Shown here: in pieces, positions 25,656 through 29,971 of the stretch | Layout: the number at the start of each line of letters is the position of its first letter | Numbering within the stretch: the first letter of the stretch is position 1 | Source of the DNA: a virus | Lineage: Duplodnaviria; Caudoviricetes | Strand: one strand, 5' to 3' | DNA length: 29,971 bases | IMG/VR virus record: IMGVR_UViG_3300003580_000011 | Span: 1 to 29,971 of that record | Made by a program: the position numbers and the translations under genes | Notes under the pieces: model-generated | What the model saw: only the letters and a program-made list of their open reading frames with translations | Database searches by the model: none | Told to the model about the DNA's origin: nothing

Positions 25656-26427
25656 GTACATTCTTCCTAGATTTCCTCAAGGTCTGAGTGAATATAGAGA
25701 ACCTTTCCTCGGTGGAGGTTCTGTTGCTATCGAAGTGACAAAACGTTTCCCAGGTACTAAGATTTGGGTCAACGATTTGTACGAACCATTATATAATTTT
25801 TGGAAACAACTACAACTAAATGGTAATGAAGTTGCGAACATCCTACTCCAGCTCAAACAAAGGCACCCTGACCCCACTTCCGCGAGGCATCTTTTCAATG
25901 ATGCAAAGAAGTACCTTACCAAAGACCTTTCTGATAGCGAGGATATTCATCGTGCTGTGTCTTTTTACATTGTCAATAAGTGCAGTTTTTCAGGTCTTAC
26001 AGAAGCAAGTTCCTTCTCAAAGCAAGCCTCAGACAGTAACTTCAGCCTTAGAGGTATAGACAATCTAAAGTTCTATCAACAACTGATTGGTAACTGGACC
26101 ATCACAAATCTTTCATATGAAGAATTGATGAATGGTGATCCTGAAACTTTCATCTATCTTGATCCCCCTTATGAGATCAAAGATAATCTTTATGGTAAAA
26201 AGGGTGCCATGCATAAGAAGTTTGATCATGATCTGTTTGCATCTTCTATGGGTGCAGCAAAGTGTAAGTGCATGGTCAGTTACAACGCCAGTCAACTTAT
26301 CAAAGATCGATTCAAGGATTGGAAAACTTATGAGTTTGATCTGACTTATACCATGAGATCTGTTGGTCAATACATGAAAGAGCAGAAAGATCGTAAAGAG
26401 ATTCTACTACTAAATTATGAAGTGTGA
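25600..26427 (+). CDS. dam: Dam-like (alpha-class, D12) DNA adenine methyltransferase
   Basis: PLRYPGGKS, EPFLGGGSV, NDL, YLDPPY, VSYN, EILLLNY. Confidence 0.92.
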   Translation: MKSLKTPLRYPGGKSRATKYILPRFPQGLSEYREPFLGGGSVAIEVTKRFPGTKIWVNDLYEPLYNFWKQLQLNGNEVANILLQLKQRHPDPTSARHLFNDAKKYLTKDLSDSEDIHRAVSFYIVNKCSFSGLTEASSFSKQASDSNFSLRGIDNLKFYQQLIGNWTITNLSYEELMNGDPETFIYLDPPYEIKDNLYGKKGAMHKKFDHDLFASSMGAAKCKCMVSYNASQLIKDRFKDWKTYEFDLTYTMRSVGQYMKEQKDRKEILLLNYEV

Positions 26428-26560
26428 AGTTACTTTGTTCAAAGCAGGCACAGTATTCAAAGAAGAAGTGATAGCTGTCGATTATCAAGATGCCCGTAAG
26501 GTTGCCCTTGCTCGTAACCCTGGAGCAAAAGTTGTTGGTGTTACCGCAGTGTTCAAATGA
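26417..26560 (+). CDS. 47-aa hypothetical protein (absent from the ORF track)
   Basis: MKCEVTLFKAGTVFKEEVIAVDYQDARKVALARNPGAKVVGVTAVFK*; bridges dam and g62 with ATGA coupling. Confidence 0.7.
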   Translation: MKCEVTLFKAGTVFKEEVIAVDYQDARKVALARNPGAKVVGVTAVFK

Positions 26561-26943
26561 AGTATGAGTTGAAAGACTGGTTGAACTCTATCAACCATAC
26601 TAAAGAGGATCTGATTGAGAATGATCCTGATGCAATTAAAAAGTATCCCCCTTTTATTGTAAACAGATGTTTGTCTGGTCATATTGATACACTTCTTTTC
26701 GCTAATGAAATGAATATACATCATAACCTTCCCAAGGACATGCAATATTCTTTCTTTATAAATACCGTTAGGAAAAAGAAACGTTTTTCTCCTTGGATAA
26801 AAAAAGATAAAGTTGAAGACTTAGATTGTATCAAAAGTTACTATGGTTATAGTGACGCCAAAGCACTCCAAGCACTTAGGATTTTATCAACCGACCAAAT
26901 AAACTACATTAGATCTAAACTTGATATTGGGGGATTGAAATGA
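26557..26943 (+). CDS. g62: clamp loader small subunit gp62
   Basis: LKDWLNSIN, YPPFIVNRCLS, ANEMN, KKKRFSPW, YYGYS; precedes regA. Confidence 0.92.
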   Translation: MKYELKDWLNSINHTKEDLIENDPDAIKKYPPFIVNRCLSGHIDTLLFANEMNIHHNLPKDMQYSFFINTVRKKKRFSPWIKKDKVEDLDCIKSYYGYSDAKALQALRILSTDQINYIRSKLDIGGLK

Positions 26944-27365
26944 CCACATTTGCGGAACCAGAGATTCACTGGACTGAATCTCATATGATTGAAGTTACTC
27001 TGAAAGAACCAGATGATTTCCTAAAAGTGCGTGAGACTTTGACTCGTATTGGTGTCGCTTCTCGCAAAGAAAAGAAACTTTACCAATCTTGCCATATTTT
27101 ACACAAGAAGGGTAAATACTATATCGTACACTTTAAGGAACTCTTTGCACTCGATGGGAAAAAGGCTAATCTTACTGCTAACGATGTTCAACGTCGTAAC
27201 CGTATCGTACAACTCTTGTCTGATTGGGGACTCATCGTCGTTGTCAACGCAGAAGTAATCACTGATATTGCACCACTGAATCAAATCAAAGTTATTGCAT
27301 TCAAGGAGAAGGGTGAGTGGATCCTAGAAACTAAATATAATATTGGCAAGAAAAAAACTAAATAG
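26940..27365 (+). CDS. regA: translational repressor RegA
   Basis: DDFLKVRETLTRIGVA, LYQSCHILHKKGKYYIVHFKELFALDG. Confidence 0.97.
   Translation: MTTFAEPEIHWTESHMIEVTLKEPDDFLKVRETLTRIGVASRKEKKLYQSCHILHKKGKYYIVHFKELFALDGKKANLTANDVQRRNRIVQLLSDWGLIVVVNAEVITDIAPLNQIKVIAFKEKGEWILETKYNIGKKKTK
27357..27364 (+). promoter_or_regulatory. late promoter ACTAAATA
   Basis: Box at the regA stop, 21 nt before ATG 27386. Confidence 0.7.
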
Positions 27366-27385
27366 TAGAGCCTTACTATTCTACT

Positions 27386-27703
27386 ATGGCTAATAATAAG
27401 CCTAAAGTAGAGAAGGCAGACGATGATGATAAAAGTGAAGTTCTTGGTAATCTTGTAAAAGTTGTTGTTCTTATTTGGTCTGCTTCTCTCCTTACATTTT
27501 CTTACGTTAGACTTCCAAACGGTCAAAAGATTTTAGATTTTGATCCTACTTTTATCGCATCTGTCTTTTCTGGATCGCTAGCTGCGTTCGGACTGTCCCC
27601 TGCTAAAGCAGGTGGTGGTAACGTTAAAGCAGCACAAGCGAAGAAGGAAGAACCTACTGTTGTTTCCGCCGTTGAGCCAAAGAAAGATGCAAAAACTGAT
27701 TAA
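27386..27703 (+). CDS. small two-TM membrane protein (holin-like topology)
   Basis: Hydrophobic segments VLGNLVKVVVLIWSASLLTFSYV and FIASVFSGSLAAFGL; charged termini. Confidence 0.7.
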   Translation: MANNKPKVEKADDDDKSEVLGNLVKVVVLIWSASLLTFSYVRLPNGQKILDFDPTFIASVFSGSLAAFGLSPAKAGGGNVKAAQAKKEEPTVVSAVEPKKDAKTD

Positions 27704-27965
27704 CGTTGTAGCACTGCTGTCTGGTCTGACCTCTCTTGGTCTTATCGGTGGTAGTGCTTATTTGCTGTTGAATAAGGATGCCCTTATCGATCAAGCAAAG
27801 AGTGCTGCTACTAAAGCAGCAACAGAGGCAGTCGCTGGTGCCCTTCCAGGTATGCTAGATGCTGCTATGCCCGAGTTGCCTAACGTAACTGGCGGTGCCC
27901 TTCCTGCTACTCCTGCAGTTGGTGGTGGTGCTGCTGCGGTTACAGGTCCTGCACTTCCATTCTGA
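27687..27965 (+). CDS. N-terminally anchored Ala/Pro/Gly-rich membrane protein
   Basis: MQKLINVVALLSGLTSLGLIGGSAYLLL signal/TM segment; ATG at 27687. Confidence 0.75.
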   Translation: MQKLINVVALLSGLTSLGLIGGSAYLLLNKDALIDQAKSAATKAATEAVAGALPGMLDAAMPELPNVTGGALPATPAVGGGAAAVTGPALPF

Positions 27966-27967
27966 CC

Positions 27968-28609
27968 ATGGCCATATTCAATCCTAAGAAAAAAGAGACT
28001 GAGCAAGTCACCGAGCAAGTACCGAGCAAGTCGCCCATCAAGGGTATTGCACTTGCACTAGGAGCATTGGTTGGTATTTCTCATATTGGACTTTTAGGGT
28101 ATGTTGTCAGGGACAATACCCCTAAATTGAGAGAAGTCCCTACTATCAATATACCTAGAGGAGATTATTCCTCCTATACTATCAAAGCAGGTAAGGATGG
28201 ATATGAAATTGAATACCGAGCAAACGATCCTGCCATCTTAGAGTCGCATAGATCTCTTGGTGTTAATAAAAATAAGAAAGGATTGTTTGGTGGTGGTACT
28301 GAGGTGCGTCGTGAAACTCGTTACGACCAATACACTATGGACGGAACCCGTAACATAGGAGGAGCGGGAGGTGCAATAGGTGAAGAGGGAAAGATGAATG
28401 CCCAAAGCGCAGAGTGTATAGCGGCGGACGCTGGAGCACGATCACAAGGTGCGATGGCAGGTAGTGCTATTGCTGCTGGTGCCATTGTCCCTGCCGTTGT
28501 CAACATTCCTTACATCGGATGGTTAGCAGGTGGTTGGGCACTACTTCTAGGACAGAAAGCAGGATCATCACTAGGTTCTCAAGTTGGTAGTGTATTTAAT
28601 GATTGCTGA
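27968..28609 (+). CDS. membrane protein with N-terminal TM and C-terminal glycine-zipper-like hydrophobic region
   Basis: IKGIALALGALVGISHIGLLGYV; GAMAGSAIAAG...IPYIGWLAGGWALLLGQKAGSSLGSQVG. Confidence 0.75.
   Translation: MAIFNPKKKETEQVTEQVPSKSPIKGIALALGALVGISHIGLLGYVVRDNTPKLREVPTINIPRGDYSSYTIKAGKDGYEIEYRANDPAILESHRSLGVNKNKKGLFGGGTEVRRETRYDQYTMDGTRNIGGAGGAIGEEGKMNAQSAECIAADAGARSQGAMAGSAIAAGAIVPAVVNIPYIGWLAGGWALLLGQKAGSSLGSQVGSVFNDC
27998..28032 (+). repeat. three tandem AC(T/C)GAGCAAGT(C) units of 12, 11 and 12 nt
   Basis: ACTGAGCAAGTC ACCGAGCAAGT ACCGAGCAAGTC. Confidence 0.85.
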
Positions 28610-29406
28610 TGGATATTCCTATTATTAGTGGTATTGATGTTGATATCAAAGATATCAGTATTGGTGAATTGAGAACATATCAATACACTCCACCATCAGT
28701 TCCTTATGCTGCACCAGTGACGGTCAACATTGGATCTCCAATTGTTAATGTGCCTGGTTGTGTAGAGGCACATGAACAGAATACCACCAAAGAAAGAAGT
28801 GGTGTTCTTTCTGAAGATGATCCCAAAGGGGTCAAAGTATTTTGTGATTCTGGAATGCCGTCTTTCAATCCGATTGACTACAATAAAGATGAATTGAAGT
28901 TTGAATATGAAGCACCTGTTCCAAAGGTAGCATCTCCAGAAAAACCAGAAGCACCTGCATCATCAGTACCGCCAACCAACACCGAGGCAGTAACAGTAAA
29001 ACTATGTCCTACAAGAGATCAGGAACTAAAAAACCCTGTAGGAAAGATCCTAGAGGGCAATAAGAAAATTACTGGGTATGAAAGGGTGGGCAAGGAATGT
29101 TTGATGGTTACCGAGAACCTAACCATTCCTGATCAGATCATCGGCAACATACCTAATGCTGGGGCAGTAACAACTACTGCGAGTATTGCTTTGGTTGCTA
29201 CCACATCTGCACTGTTGGCAAAACCTTTAGCAGATATTCTTCTCAAGGTTGTGAAACCTACTATCAAAAAAGTAATGAAGAAGATTGCTAAGATTAGGGG
29301 GAAACAAATGAAGATCGAGTCTGTAGGGGAGCGCCGAGCTGAGCAGCGTCAGAGGAATGAAGCGATTGCAAAGATTCGCGCTGTTCAGGCGAAGACGAAG
29401 AAGTAG
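28609..29406 (+). CDS. hypothetical protein with Cys pairs, a late TM segment and a basic tail
   Basis: TGATG coupling gives a start at 28609; TTTASIALVATTSALLA hydrophobic segment; K/R-rich C-terminus. Confidence 0.75.
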   Translation: MDIPIISGIDVDIKDISIGELRTYQYTPPSVPYAAPVTVNIGSPIVNVPGCVEAHEQNTTKERSGVLSEDDPKGVKVFCDSGMPSFNPIDYNKDELKFEYEAPVPKVASPEKPEAPASSVPPTNTEAVTVKLCPTRDQELKNPVGKILEGNKKITGYERVGKECLMVTENLTIPDQIIGNIPNAGAVTTTASIALVATTSALLAKPLADILLKVVKPTIKKVMKKIAKIRGKQMKIESVGERRAEQRQRNEAIAKIRAVQAKTKK

Positions 29407-29971
29407 AAGGAATTCTATGTACGTGTGGATGTTTATGTCCTGGAGGATTATTCACAACCACATCAGCACACACCTTATAGTAAGGGGACTTGGGATGAAA
29501 TCGTATTCCACGTAACATCAAATCCCCACAATTCTTGAGTCTCGCAATCTCAAAATCTAACCTTTTGTTAGCAACTAATTGTGAGTTCAATTCAATCTGA
29601 GTTCGTGCTGCTTGTTTACAAAGATCTTGTAAGCTCTTATCGATGGGTGTACTCCATGTCATAGAGAAACCAATGCCTAGACTGTAGTTATCTTTCTGAC
29701 CAGTCCTGGTTTTTTTGTGGAATTGAATGTCTCCTGGATTATCAATTAGACCGTCTCCAATTGGATCGCCATTATCATCGAAGGCACCGTAGTTATCACT
29801 CACATCATAAACAGGATCCATATAATAAGGTTCATATGGTTTAGAAGCAGAAGCACTTCCTGTTACATAGGGAGTGAAGTTGCGAGTGGGACCTTGACAC
29901 TGTATCCCTCCACCATATGTGTTTGTAATGTATGGTCCTTGAAGGACTTGTATAGCCTGGTTTGTAACGGA
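29294..29971 (-). CDS. hypothetical protein, 5'-truncated by the window end
   Basis: Frame stays open from the window edge: SVTNQAIQVLQGPYITNTYGGGIQCQGPTRNFTPYVTG...YMDPVYD...; the ORF-track start at 29821 is probably internal. Confidence 0.8.
   Translation of the reverse strand, partial: SVTNQAIQVLQGPYITNTYGGGIQCQGPTRNFTPYVTGSASASKPYEPYYMDPVYDVSDNYGAFDDNGDPIGDGLIDNPGDIQFHKKTRTGQKDNYSLGIGFSMTWSTPIDKSLQDLCKQAARTQIELNSQLVANKRLDFEIARLKNCGDLMLRGIRFHPKSPYYKVCADVVVNNPPGHKHPHVHRIPSTSSSSPEQRESLQSLHSSDAAQLGAPLQTRSSFVSP

Overview
Core segment of a T4-like (myovirus) cyanophage genome, almost all on the + strand. It holds the packaging/tail/head module g17-g18-g19-g20-(prohead core)-g21-g22-g23, then g3, uvsY, uvsW, g55, g47, g46, a metallopeptidase-VWA gene, a beta-class DNA methyltransferase, a CobS-like AAA+ ATPase, g45, a DenV-like glycosylase, g44, a Dam-like methyltransferase, g62 and regA. 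It ends in a late-promoter-driven cluster of membrane proteins converging on a minus-strand gene cut by the window end. Main points of interest: (1) an XhoI/PaeR7I-like restriction-endonuclease gene inserted at the end of g44 between perfect 18-bp direct repeats; (2) roughly tenfold TTAA avoidance (hand count) that this insert does not share; (3) a ~46-nt ORF-less transcription unit after g23 whose loop is complementary to the host Yfr1 sRNA motif; (4) a T4 e/soc-style hairpin hiding the start codon of a holin-like gene unless a late promoter is used; (5) back-to-back sigma70 promoters sharing one -35 palindrome upstream of g55. All family assignments come from motif recognition by eye, not database searches. 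No tRNA, rRNA, CRISPR array or intron was seen.
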